From positions 2,068 through 66,067 of the forward strand of contig CAXHJY010001630.1 of the NCBI GenBank assembly GCA_964016885.1: DNA of 64,000 nucleotides. Direction: 5' to 3'. The notes beneath the pieces were generated by a model, which saw only the letters and a list, made by a program, of their open reading frames with translations, searched no databases and was not told the origin of the DNA. A program made the translations under genes and the position numbers. The stretch comes from Eledone cirrhosa. Its lineage: Eukaryota. Shown one piece after another: positions 12,501 through 23,804 of the stretch; position 1 is the stretch's first letter, and each line of letters begins with the position of its first letter.

Positions 12501-14026
12501 GTTGTTGTAAACCATCGCACTTCTGTTGCAAGACTGCGCCCACGGCGGTATCCGACGCATCAACACAGAGCGATAGCTCGGCGTTGGGTACTGGGTGGGC
12601 GAGCAAAGACGCGCTCGCTAACGCCTTTTTCACTTTTTTAAAATCCTCAAGCTGCGTTTTATTTAAGGAAATGTCCATATTCTTACGCCGGCAATTTTTA
12701 AAAATTTCTGTCAACGAGAACAGCAAGTTGGAACAATTAGGTACGAATCGCCTATAAACATTAACAAGGCCTAACAATTGACGCAATTGTCGCAGTGAAC
12801 TTGGCGGAGGCAAATCCGATACTGCCTTAACCTTCTCAGGAAGAGGTCGAATACCATCGGCGTCAATCAGATGGCCTAAAAATGTTAGTGAAGTCGAGCC
12901 GAAAACACACTTGGAAGCATTAATACGAACATTATATCTCTGTAAACGACGAAATACGAGATCCAGATGCTTTGAATGCTGCTCAGGAGAAGAACTAGCA
13001 ATCAACACATCATCGATATACGTGTACACAAAATCCAGGCCCCGAGTAACATCATCTATAAATCGTTGGAAGGTACTAGCCGCATTTCTTGGCCCGAAAG
13101 GCATAGTAAGGAACTCGAAAGATCCAAAAGGAGTGGCAATAGCAGTCTTTGGAATATTCTCCTTTTTAACTGGAATCTGATTATAAGCACAAATGAAATC
13201 GAGCTTAGAAAAAATTGTGCAACCTTGTAATGAAGAAGCGAAATCCTGCAAATGCGGGATTGGATAATGGTCAGGCACAGTAATCGCGTTTAAGCGTCGG
13301 TAGTCACCCGTCGGTCTCCAATCACCAGAAGATTTAAGTACCATATGTAGAGGCGATGCCCAAGGACTTGTGGAACGCTGAATTATTCCTAATTCCAGCA
13401 TGTGGTCGAATTCAGACCGTGTAGATTTCAACTTCTCTGCAAATAATCTTCGAGGACGTGAGAAGACAGGTGCACCTGTAGTGGATATAAAGTGTTCAAT
13501 CACATGATCCGGACTAGCAATTTGTAATCTTCCTTGCGTCAGCTGTGGGAATGATTTTAACAAACTGTGATACTGGTTGCCCACTTCAGCCAAAAAACAG
13601 CAGGGCTTACTGTGGCGATCTCCGGCTTTGAACCCTCGAACGATAGGCCTGTATTAGCATCAAAAAGTCGTTGTCTGCGGATGTCAATCGACAAGGAAAA
13701 ATGGTGGAGAAAATCCGCTCCCAAAATGGCGTATGGCAAGTCGGCGATAGTAAACTTCCACTTCAATTCACGACGCAAATTTTTTAACCGAAGAGGAAGC
13801 GAAATTTGCTCGTACGCTCGAATGGCCGTGTGGTTGACTGCTCGTAAATTTATATTTGATTCAGATGGGGTTTTTTGAGATAACTGACTGGCCAAATACT
13901 CAGCGACGCGCCAGTATCGACAAGGAAAAATTTTTTCGACCGCAGGTCGTATACGAAAAGATGGCGGTTCGGTCGATTTTCCCAGAGTTCACTAGCCGCC
14001 CCTAGTGGCTCTGCTTTGCGTTTTCC
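9523..14026 (-). pseudogene. pol: Gypsy pol (protease FLVDTGA, RT YIDD, RNase H DAS..., integrase HHCC/core/C-terminus), frameshifted and split by a LINE
   Basis: ORFs 13557-13895, 11812-13593, 9792-10151 and 9523-9765. DTG lies at ~13910-13918 and TDRGRQF / [13 protein letters not shown] near 10130-10260. Confidence 0.93.
10311..11864 (+). mobile_element. RTE-clade LINE, 5'-truncated, inserted in the Gypsy integrase
   Basis: AFVDLEKAFDRVPR and YADDL RT motifs with in-frame stops, HGSETW, family 3' UTR and (GAT)n tail. Confidence 0.93.
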
Positions 14027-15161
14027 GATCTCTTGTAATTACAGGGCGTGCGACAACGTTGTGCCCTACTGCCGAAGTTAGCATGATACCAACAAAACGA
14101 AGAATTATTGTTGTCTGCGTTGTAGTGCTGGCGATGAATAGAAGACGGCAGCGAACGGTACTCGTAGCGGTTTCGAGGAATAGCAGACGGGAGGCGAACG
14201 GTACTCGTAGCAGTTTCGAGGAATAGCAGACGGAGGCGAACGGTACTCGTAGCGGTTTCGAGGAATAGCAGACGGAGGCGAACGGTACTCGTAGCGGTTT
14301 CGAGGAATAGCAGACGGGAGGCGAACGGTACTCGTAGCGGTTTCAAGGAATAGCAGACGGGAGGCGAACGGTACTCGTAGCGGTTTCGAGGAATAGCAGA
14401 CGGGAGGCGAACGGTACTCGTAGCGGTTTCGAGGAATAGTAGACGGAGGCGAACGGTACTCGTAGCAGTTTCGAGGAATAGCAGACGGGAGGCGAACGGT
14501 ACTCGTAGCGGTTTCGAGGAATAGCAGACGGAGGCGAACGGTACTCGTAGCGGTTTCTGTGTTTTACGGTCAAATCCTCCACTTTTTGGGTAAGCGCTTC
14601 GATCATCTCCAACAGTTTGCTGTCGGCCACAGAAGATTTGCGTGGGGGAACAGAAGAAGAAGCCACACAAGGATTATGCCGACTGCTGTTAGAGTCCACC
14701 TCTAGTATTCTATCCGCGAATGCGGCAAGTTGATCTAACGATTCCCTCTCCAAATTATTGACCAAGACCATCTGCGCACTTGGCGGTAAACGAGAGAAAA
14801 ATAGTTGTTTGAGGAATGGGGTGTCCATCCCCTGGGAGTCGCTCAATTCCCGCAGATGTCGCAAATAGGAGCTTGGCGTCCTGTCACCCATTTGCGCATC
14901 ATCTAACAATTCCCGAAAACGACTTTCCGCTGACTTGATATTCCTCCGAATAATTTCCCCTTTCAACGAGCCATAAGTAACGTCTGCGGCTAAATTGGTT
15001 ACCACATCCTTCACGGAATATGCCAACGATACAGGCAAGCCACTAACTAGTACCTTCAGTTTATGCTGTTCTTTGGTTTTGGTTAAATCAAAATAGCATT
15101 CAAGCTGCAAAAACCATAACTTGATGTCGCCTGCGAAGGACGGCAAATGATGTGGATTCAT
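14002..15161 (-). pseudogene. gag: Gypsy gag, interrupted by a VNTR; C-terminal CWYH-x9-C-x3-C knuckle
   Basis: LPSF...WFLQLECYF and GDRTPSSYLRHLREL capsid motifs; the CWYHANFGSRAQRCRTPC knuckle lies in a different frame. Confidence 0.88.
14151..14556. repeat. 42/43-bp tandem repeat inside gag (~9.5 units)
   Basis: Unit starts at 14151, 14194, 14236, 14278, 14321, 14364, 14407, 14449, 14492 and 14534. Confidence 0.95.
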
Positions 15162-15811
15162 GATGCCCAAAGATTTGATGAATTTTTAAGGCCAAATTAT
15201 TTCTTCGAAGCAGCTATGCAACCAAAAAATGACACTGGAATCCAAAATCTTATTCACGCGAATTCAACTGAAATTCTTTTTGAAAATTCTCGCCGGCCAA
15301 AATAAAATTTGCATAATAAAAAAAATTATTTTCCATGAAAATTATTTGGTAAGAAAATCCCAAGATGGCTGATTGAAAAATGTGTTTGTGATGAAGAAGC
15401 CGTAATGTGGCACGATGCAGCCAATCAGATGGCTGGGATTGAAGAAGACAAGCTGTACGCGGGGGGGAAAACAAAATTTTGAGTCTCCATTTTGTTATTT
15501 TAACAGAAGGTTGAAAGCAAAATTTTATATCCAGAGAAATCCTTTTTTTTTTTTTCTTTTTTAAAGAGAGAAGTTGATGCAAAAGGAAAAATATTGTTCA
15601 CTCAAAGACAAGATACCAAAAAACAACGGGCCTGAATTCCATATATATATGTGCAGCGTCGCACACTTTGTACATAAAATAAATATCATTGTTGATAAAA
15701 CGCTGGATGAGTTATGATAAATTTTTTGGGTTTTTATCTAACTATGCTTGCAAGGCAGGTCAGAAGGAGATACAATTCAGCAATACAGAAGAATTTTAAA
15801 AGTTGTTCTTA

Positions 15812-15824
15812 GTCGGGGTCACCA
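15812..15824 (-). promoter_or_regulatory. Primer-binding site TGGTGACCCCGAC (tRNA-Trp)
   Basis: Complementary to the 3' end of eukaryotic tRNA-Trp (...GUCGGGGUCACCA); lies 1 nt after the 5' LTR. A second copy is at 8638-8650. Confidence 0.88.
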
Positions 15825-15825
15825 A

Positions 15826-16251
15826 TTTACAAAAAATGATATATCGTCCAGGTGTGTGAATGACATCTCATCTCTCTAAGATTATTAATTAAAACAGAAG
15901 GGCTTTAACGATAACAAGGCTAATCTTTTATTAAATGATTCATTTAACAAAACACAACATAATAATTACATTCATAGGACATACCCTGCAAGCTAAACGG
16001 CAATGGCTTAATTCTTACATTCAAGAAGAGATATGAAAATCTCTTGGTCAAAAACAGGCGTTTTTACAAAGTACGTCCTTGTGGCAGGACAAAGGCGACT
16101 GGAATTGAAAACCAAATCTCTTGAGTTTTACATTGGCGTCTCTTCTTTTAGAGAACGCCGAGATAAGGGAAGTAATTAGCTATTTTTGTGTTACCCACAG
16201 ATGGCGACACTGCGTTGCTATAGTCAACACACTGTCGCCATAGTTACTACA
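15826..16251 (-). repeat. 5' LTR of the Gypsy element
   Basis: Direct repeat of 8661-9051 apart from a 25-nt indel and a few substitutions; immediately followed by the PBS. Confidence 0.9.
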
Positions 16252-16878
16252 ATTCCATTAAAGAAATATATTTCACCAATTAATCGAATGGTAAACCACG
16301 GATGCCGATACTTGGATTTTCAACAAAGAAGAAGTTTCAGCGATCTATGTTTACACTTCAAGTTCAAATCAGCGACTGGCCAGCAACACGTGCTGTATCT
16401 ACTAGAAATACACACATCATACCAGCTTCGTCCCAGTGGACGTGTTGCTGGCCAGTCGCTGATTTGAACTTGAAGTGTAAATATAGATCGCTGAAACTTC
16501 TTCCTTGTTGAAAATCCAAGTATCGGCATCCGTGGTTTACCATTCGATTAATTGGTGAAATATATTTCTTTAATGGAATATATACAGGGAAGATTAATCA
16601 TATTATAAGGTATCTATTTTTGAAGTTCTGGTTAACTTTATTTAGTTACCTACCTAGCTATGTGTGCTTACACACTTGCAAAAATTATCTCCTGTGATTA
16701 TTCATGTTTATTTATATGTTAATCAATTTCTAGTTATTATAAAATGCTCGGACCTATTCGTTAGAATCTTAGAGCTTATTTTGCGGGTGATATAGCGCAT
16801 GTCTTTCTGGCATGACACCCATAATTTTGATTTAGATTAAATTCATTTTGATTTATCTTAATTTTGGATATAGATATA

Positions 16879-19031
16879 TCATCATCAACGTTTAACGTCC
16901 GTGTTCCACGCTTGCATGGGTTTGGACGGGGGTAGTCCCACTTGAGGCAAGAGTGATTGTCTTGCTCGCATAGGACTGTCTGGCAGGTTTTCTACAGTTG
17001 GATGCCCTTCCTAACACCAACCACATTTACAGTGTGGGTCTGGGAGGTTTTTACCGTGTTGCCTACACGGCCACATTACAGCGTGGACTGTGTGTTTTTT
17101 TGTCGTGACACCTACACGATCTCATTTGTTTCGGCCTCGATGGCGCGGCACCAACATAACTTTACATAGAACGGGGTGGTGTGGATCGGGTGGGGGTGGT
17201 GGTGGTGGGACGGGGTGTATTTTGTTAGAGATGCCTACTGGCTGGAGTAGGTTTTACTATATATTTAGGTAAGGCGGGTCTTCTCTGTTACTGAGTACCG
17301 CCAAAGGTCTCGGTCCAGTGACATTGTCTTGGAGAGGTGTAAGTGTGTGATGTCGGAGTTTATCAGCTCGTCCCAGGTTTTTCTAGGTCTGCCTATTCCG
17401 TGACTACCGTCTATCTTTATTGCCCTGCACTTTGTTATACAGCTATCGACTTTCATGCGCATCACGTGTCCATACCAACGTAGCCTTCTCTCGAGTAAAC
17501 AACATCTGATCCCTCTTATCTCTAATTTTTTCCTTAGTTCGTTTATGCTTTGCCGTTCACGTATATTACTGTTACACATCCAGCGGAGCATGCAAGCTTC
17601 GTTCCTCTCTAGTCTGCGTATATCCTCTGCACACAATGCCCAGGTCTCACTGCCATGCAGCATTGCTGTTCGTATGCAGGCATCGTACAACCTGCCTTTC
17701 ATTTTTAGTGAGAACCCTTTAGCAGCTAATAGTGGTATAAGCTCTCTGAACTTTTTCCAACCAGTTCTGACTCTAGCTACAGTACTTTCAGAGCACCCTC
17801 CCCCACTGCTGATTTTATCGCCCAGGTAACGGAAGCTGTCCACTATTTCTATAGAACCCTCTGCGCAATTGAAAGAGCTAGTAGTTTGTGGGCACTTGCT
17901 GCTACTTATTGCACCAGAGCACCGGCCACATGTAAAATCTATGTTCTTAGTTAGCTTACCTGTGATCCCACTACATCTTTTATGCACCCATACTTTGCAT
18001 TTAGGACATAAAATGGAGTTTCTACCTACGCCTTTCCTACACACCGAGCACGACCATTTCCCAGAAGGGACCGCCGCCTTGTTTTCTTTCCTACAAACTA
18101 GTACTTTGGTCTTAGCCAGGTTAATTTTAAGTCCTTTTGACTCTAGGCCGTGCTTCCATGTTTGGAATTTCTTCTCTAGCTCGGCCATTGATTCCGCTAT
18201 GAGTGTCAGGTCGTCTGCGTATAGGAGTTCCCATGGGCAGCCTGTCTTGAACTCCTCTGTTATAGCCTGAAGGGCAATAATAAATAGTAGTGGACTGAGA
18301 ACAGAGCCCTGATGGACGCCAACTTTTACGCTAAACTCTTCACTATATTCGTTGTTAATTCTAACCTTGCTGACTGTTTCTTTATACATGGCTTGTATAG
18401 CCCTCACAAGCCATTCGTCAACGCCTAGTTTTCTAAGAGCCCACCAGATAATGGAGCGGGGGACTCTGTCGAAGGCTTTCTCCAAGTCGACAAAAGCTAA
18501 GTAGAGGGGTTTACCTTTAGCTAGGTACTTCTCCTGTAGTTGTCGTACTATGAAAAGAGCGTCTGTGGTACTTTTGCCTGACACAAACCCGAACTGCATT
18601 TCATCTAGGTCAATTCTCTCTCTGATTAGTTGCGCTATTACTTTTTCCGTGACCTTCATGACCTGGTCGATTAATTTAATGCCTCTATAGTTACTCCTAT
18701 CTAGGGCGTCTCCTTTACCCTTATAACAGTTAACGATGATGTTGCTATGCCAGTCCTTCGGAACAACCCCATTCTGTACGACTTGGTTAACTATGCGGGT
18801 GACCATGGTGTGTCCCACCGTGCCAGATGCCTTCAGCATCTCAGCAACTATTTCCGAAGGCCCAGCCGCCTTACCAGTCTTCATACCCTTGATTGCCTTA
18901 CTTATTATACTCCCCTCGACTAACACTGCTGGTCCCTCTATTGGGTCGATATGGGGGAGACTGCCTTTCTCCCAATTATTCTCCTCATTTAGTAGCCTTT
19001 CATAGTGACACTTCCAAGCTACCTTCTTATC
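16879..19031 (-). mobile_element. RTE-clade LINE, 5'-truncated, with a 553-aa open RT segment
   Basis: ORF 17265-18926: NYRGIKL, QFGF, DLEKAFD, GVHQGSVLSPLLF, YADD, Cys/His finger, RLRWYGHV. Short (CAT)n tail at the left end. Confidence 0.95.
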
Positions 19032-19507
19032 ATATGTATATATATATATATATATATCAGTAACTCTTTAAAATTTACACATCCTAATGCACAATGTATT
19101 TCCTATATCAATCACATTGCTACAATAAGACTCATTTTCCAATCACAAGATCCTGGGTTCTAACCTTATATTTGTCCCTAAAAATAGTTATTTCTCCAAT
19201 GATAATCAGACATTTAATCATGTGTTATTTATACATATATGCTGAACATTATGTAATTATATCCTAGAATTAAATTATTGAAACATCATTCTCATCTTTA
19301 ATAACTTCAACATAAACCATAGGGTTTCTCTTGTGCAAATCATTTATCGAAATCCAAATTTCATAGTTTGTATGATTATTCATATATCCAGTAATCCTGG
19401 TATATATTGCATACCAAGCAACCCTGGACTTCAAAAATTAAATATATTGAATGCTAATGCTAGCTCTACTAGTAAATAAATAATGAAAAAAAATATATAA
19501 TTCTTAC

Positions 19508-19651
19508 ATTTCTTTTTATCAGAAATTCTTGGTTTGGTTGTATTCTGAATGGAGTCAAAGTGGTTAGCATGGACAAATAATTCATAATTATTCTCAAGCT
19601 GCTTTTGGCTGCTAAATAAATTGTTAACTTGTTGATCATCAGACAATGAGA
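19508..19651 (-). CDS. PIKFYVE: PIKfyve exon 10 (SLSDDQQVNNLF...RISDKKK)
   Basis: Strong pyrimidine tract with ctag acceptor, gtaaga donor, 144 nt, phase 1-1, open frame. Confidence 0.8.
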
Positions 19652-20592
19652 CTAGAAAGAAAGTAAAGAATTTTATTAATTATTTTAATAAAAATCAAAC
19701 AAAGAAATGTAGAGCTATGAGGAATACATTACTGGTCTAATGAGTAAGATGAGGTCACTCTAATCCTAGCTGGTCTCAGACCATAACCCATCAAACCCAT
19801 GCCAGTGAAGAAAACAGACGTGAAATGATGCTCACGATAAGGACAATATTGAAGTTGTTGTTGATGATAATGATGAGGGTGGTGGTGATAGTGATTGTGG
19901 TGGTGATAGTGGTTGTGGTGGTGGCAGCGGCGGCGGTGGTGGTGGTGGTGGTGGTGGTGGTATGGCACTAGCTTTAGGTTTGGTAGATCAGTAGATACTT
20001 TCTGACTGCTTCCCCAACTTCAACATATAGGGAATCACAACATTGTTAATGATTCATTGGCTGATGAAAATACCAACCACAATAATGTCATAATTAATCA
20101 TCATTATTGGCCCATAACTCTGGATGAGTACTTTAAAGCTGGCAGACCCCATCCCACTCTAGATCTGAACACAGCAATTTCTTCCAGACAGAAGGAGAAT
20201 GGGGAGAAGAGAAAGTGATATAGAGGAAGAATCAACCCCAGTACTGGAACGGTACTTTATTTACCAGCCTCGAAAGGATGAAAGATGAAGTTGATCTTGG
20301 CAGGAGTTGAACTCAGAACGTGGAAAGCTAGAACAAATACCACAAGACATTCTATTTGAAGTTCTAATAACCCTGGCCAATTTGCTGCTTATCTATAATT
20401 GGTACATAGTAAGAGTCCTTCTGACCACTTGTTTGACAAGTTTTACATGGTTAGATATTCCTCCTATAAGCCACAATAGCACCATAATTAATACATAGTA
20501 TATAAATACAACCAGTAGTACACACTGACCATTCAGTTGCCACAGCAATCAGTAAATCATTTCACTATTTGTAGGAGATCCTAAAAACTTAC

Positions 20593-20713
20593 TGTTAATA
20601 CTTTCATCTTCATATTCCTTGTTGTTGATTTCTTTCAACCAGGATGGTTCAAAGTTTGTTTCAACACAAGGAGGTATGTTGGGAGGTGGGGTCTGCTCCA
20701 AAATTGTGGCTGC
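20593..20713 (-). CDS. PIKFYVE: PIKfyve exon 9 (AATILEQTPPP...EPSWLKEINNKEYEDESIN)
   Basis: PSWxKEI motif; tttcag acceptor and gtaagt donor, phase 0-1. Confidence 0.88.
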
Positions 20714-21465
20714 CTGAAACAGAATAAAGAAATATATATTTAACATAAAAATAGATGACTCTGATGTTTGCACTCCACTCAAACTATTAATCCTACAAGA
20801 GTAATGACTGTACACACTACCTTACTACTCAATATTGTCTCTGTTGATTCAAGGTAAAATAATAAAAAGAGTGAATAGAAGAGAGAGAGCAGTGACAGAA
20901 GTGTAGTGGAACTACGTCGTACCTCACAATAGCAACATTTTCATATGCAATAAGGTTAAACAAACCAATTGTAGGTCACGTATGAATACATTGTCACCTT
21001 CTTGTGGAAATCACCGTACAGGAGAAGAGAAGGAGATGAAGCGGACTGCGAAAGTGAGAAGACTTACTACAGGTTGACTCCTGCTATATTTTTTCCATAA
21101 TCCTGTTAAAAGGAATAGAACATTCTATTTTGTGTCAATTGTTCTTCTACGGCTGATCTACTATTGAGATATTCTATTGCCTGTACGAAAAATCAACTTT
21201 CGACAATAAACTTATATTTATAGAGGATTGAGCGTTAAAGAGATATTTATTTATATCCTGGAAGTCAGAAGTATGTCGTTGCAAGTATGAAGCAACAAAC
21301 TCATTGACTAAGGTATTTTTCTTATAATCGTTTGTAAAAACAAGATCCTTGGAAGATTTCAACTTGTAGTTGTGAAAAGATATAAGTAATATTTAACTCC
21401 TCATCCTTCCCATAGAAGTATCTGGGTTGGTGAAGGGTGTAAAGGTTTGATATAACTAACTTTAA

Positions 21466-21833
21466 CCCTTTCGTTACCAGCCAGCCCCAAACCACTTCAA
21501 ATTTTATGAAACAAAACCACTCATTTTAAAGGTTTCCTAACATATTTTACATTTATGCCAATATTGTTTAACCTGTTGATATATATATTTTAACTAATCC
21601 TTCAACTATTAACCCTTTTGATAACAACCTGCCCCAAACCATCTTAACTAAATCACCCATGTTAAAGGATTCCTACTTAAATAAAAACCTTCCAACATAA
21701 TTTTATATAAGAACATTTTGTTATGTTACAAATACCATTCTAATGAAATAATAACTTTAGTGAATCCTTCTCAAATTCTTCATGAATTAATTAAAACACA
21801 AAGCATTTCATTAGAAATATGGTAATGAAAGGG
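21466..21833. mobile_element. Nested pair of TTAA MITEs (second family)
   Basis: Left ends at 21466 and 21613 share one right end GGTAATGAAAGGG|TTAA. Relatives at 39604-39829 and ~29204-29582. Confidence 0.7.
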
Positions 21834-23280
21834 TTAATGATATAACTAACTTTTTCATTTTGGTATTGGTGTTTGGAGAATGACTTGGCAAGGATTCTTA
21901 CAGGAAATTGTGATGGAAGATGTTTGCACTCTACTCACACTATTAACTCTACAAGAATAGTGACTACTCACTCTCTACTTTAATACTCAACATGGCCTCT
22001 GTTGATTCAAGACAAAGTAATGAAGAGAGAAATAGGAAGGTAATGACAGAAGAACCAGGATGAGTGGGTGAGAGATGCGAGGCTATGATAGGAAAAACTG
22101 AGTGAGGTAAGAAGATTGAAGAGGATAGACTAATAGAAGAGAGACAGTGATATCAGGGAGTAATAGAAGGGAGAAAGAATATGATGGGAGAAACAGAACT
22201 GAGAGGAAAGAGTAATGGAAGATAGTGCTGGAGGCAGTAATGGTAGCTACAATATACAGAGTGAATACAGATGTAGCTGAGTAGTTAAGAAATGTGCTTC
22301 ACAATCATAAAGTTCCAGGTTCTAACCCACGTGTGAGCATTGTGAGTGAAACTGGGTAGAGGGAAAACTGTGGGGAATCCTGCCAGCTGGACTGTACCTG
22401 CTTTGTCACATATTGTGTGACACTAATTCAGCTTTGGAATTAAGTGAAGGGTACATATGTTGGTGGAATACTCAACTACTTACATGATAATTAAAAAGCA
22501 GGATGTACAGTTGATGAAACAATTGAATGCTCATCATCGTAACCAATTGAGAATCTAACATAGCATATCTATATTATATTACTATAGGTTAAGGTAGTCA
22601 GATACCTAATCCATTTACACATTTCATTTTTACATCTTCATTTAATGTTTGTTTTCCCTGCTAATTAGGTTTAGACTGGTTGTACTGAGTCAGTACTCAA
22701 GCAGAGCTATTGACCTTTCAAATGAGCCAAGAGCCACATGTCACAAACATATGATCCCACACTCTACTGAATGCATTTTATCATGGCAGCAATACTAGGG
22801 GTGTTCTTATGTTTATAACAGAGCTAAAGAATCCTCCCAACTCTTTGTTTGACAGGTTTTATATGATTGGGTGCCCTTTCTATCACCAACCACTTTACAG
22901 TGTGTACTGGGTTCTTTTATGAAAATCACCAACACAGCTGAAAAATTCTTCTGACACTTTGTTTGGCAGGTTTTCTGCAGCTGGATGCCCTTCCTATCAC
23001 AAACCACTTTAGAGAATATACTAGGTTTAGTTTATCAGAGCATCAGTACTAGGGACGATGTTGTGTTTTGACACAGCTGATGGGTCTTCTCAACCCTTTG
23101 TTTGTCTGGTTTTCTATCGGTGGATGCTCTTTCTATCATCAACCACTTTACAGAGTGTACTAAGTGTGTCAACACTATATTATAGAACTAAAAGAATACT
23201 GCCCATACTTTCAAATGACCCCCATTTCTTTATAGTTTTCTCACCTGAAAAATTGTTTCAAATAAAGTTTACATACTAAC

Positions 23281-23392
23281 CTCTCCTGGTTTGTAAAGTG
23301 TATAATCATCTTGAAAGGATGACAGCTGTCGGCATACTGACTCGAGATATGAAGCATGGATAAGTGCTTGACCAATAGCAACAGCTTGAACT
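23281..23392 (-). CDS. PIKFYVE: PIKfyve exon 8, DEP domain second half (VQAVAIGQALIHASYLESVC...FQDDYTLYKPGE)
   Basis: QAVAIGQAL and FxDDYxLY DEP motifs; tttcag acceptor and gttagt donor, phase 2-0. Not present in the ORF track. Confidence 0.95.
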
Positions 23393-23804
23393 CTGAAAAT
23401 CAATACAGTCACATACATCATCATTATCATATTCACATACAAAATAGCTCTAAAGAATTAACCTTTTGTTCCATATTATCCTCCTCTGCTGCCATCACCA
23501 CGACCACCATTAACATCATCATCATCATTATTATCATCATTATTTAATCCCTAAGGTTGGAAAATTAACTTTCTGCTCCATATCCACCACTGCCACCACC
23601 ATCATCATCATTTAATGTCTATCCTTTTAGAATTAAGTAATTAATTCTATTTCACTTTATTTAGCTATTTCAAGCACCCAAAGTTTGAAAGCCAGTGAAA
23701 GCCACAATCAATGGGTGTCCTCTTCAGATAAATGAATAAAAATGTAATTTCTCTGCTAATTTAATTAAAACAATAAAAATTGTTTATAAGAAAGTATGTC
23801 AAAT

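Larger units (their letters stand above)
8450..16251 (-). mobile_element. Ty3/Gypsy LTR retrotransposon (Mag-like Gag knuckle), degraded
   Basis: Gypsy domain order gag-PR-RT-RNaseH-IN. Terminal repeats begin TGTAGTAAC at 16251 and 9051. ATTC target-site duplication at 8446-8449 and 16252-16255. Confidence 0.95.
8245..19081. mobile_element. Foldback/MITE-like element with ~300-bp inverted arms, expanded by nested insertions
   Basis: 8245-8264 is the reverse complement of 19062-19081 (20/20). 8284-8449 is the reverse complement of 16576-16741. 16252-16391 is the reverse complement of 16440-16579 around a 48-nt loop. Confidence 0.8.

Noticed and set aside
10343-13878. Antisense ORFs over RTE and Gypsy pol (e.g. 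10343-10972, 12911-13180, 13567-13878)
   Set aside because: Shadow frames of reverse-transcriptase coding sequence with no independent motifs.
14151-14556. Relationship between the gag 43-bp repeat and the 43-bp intronic minisatellite
   Set aside because: Same period but no sequence similarity; treated as coincidence.
19729-19968. Poly-His ORF
   Set aside because: Translation of a (TGG/TGA)n trinucleotide tail.
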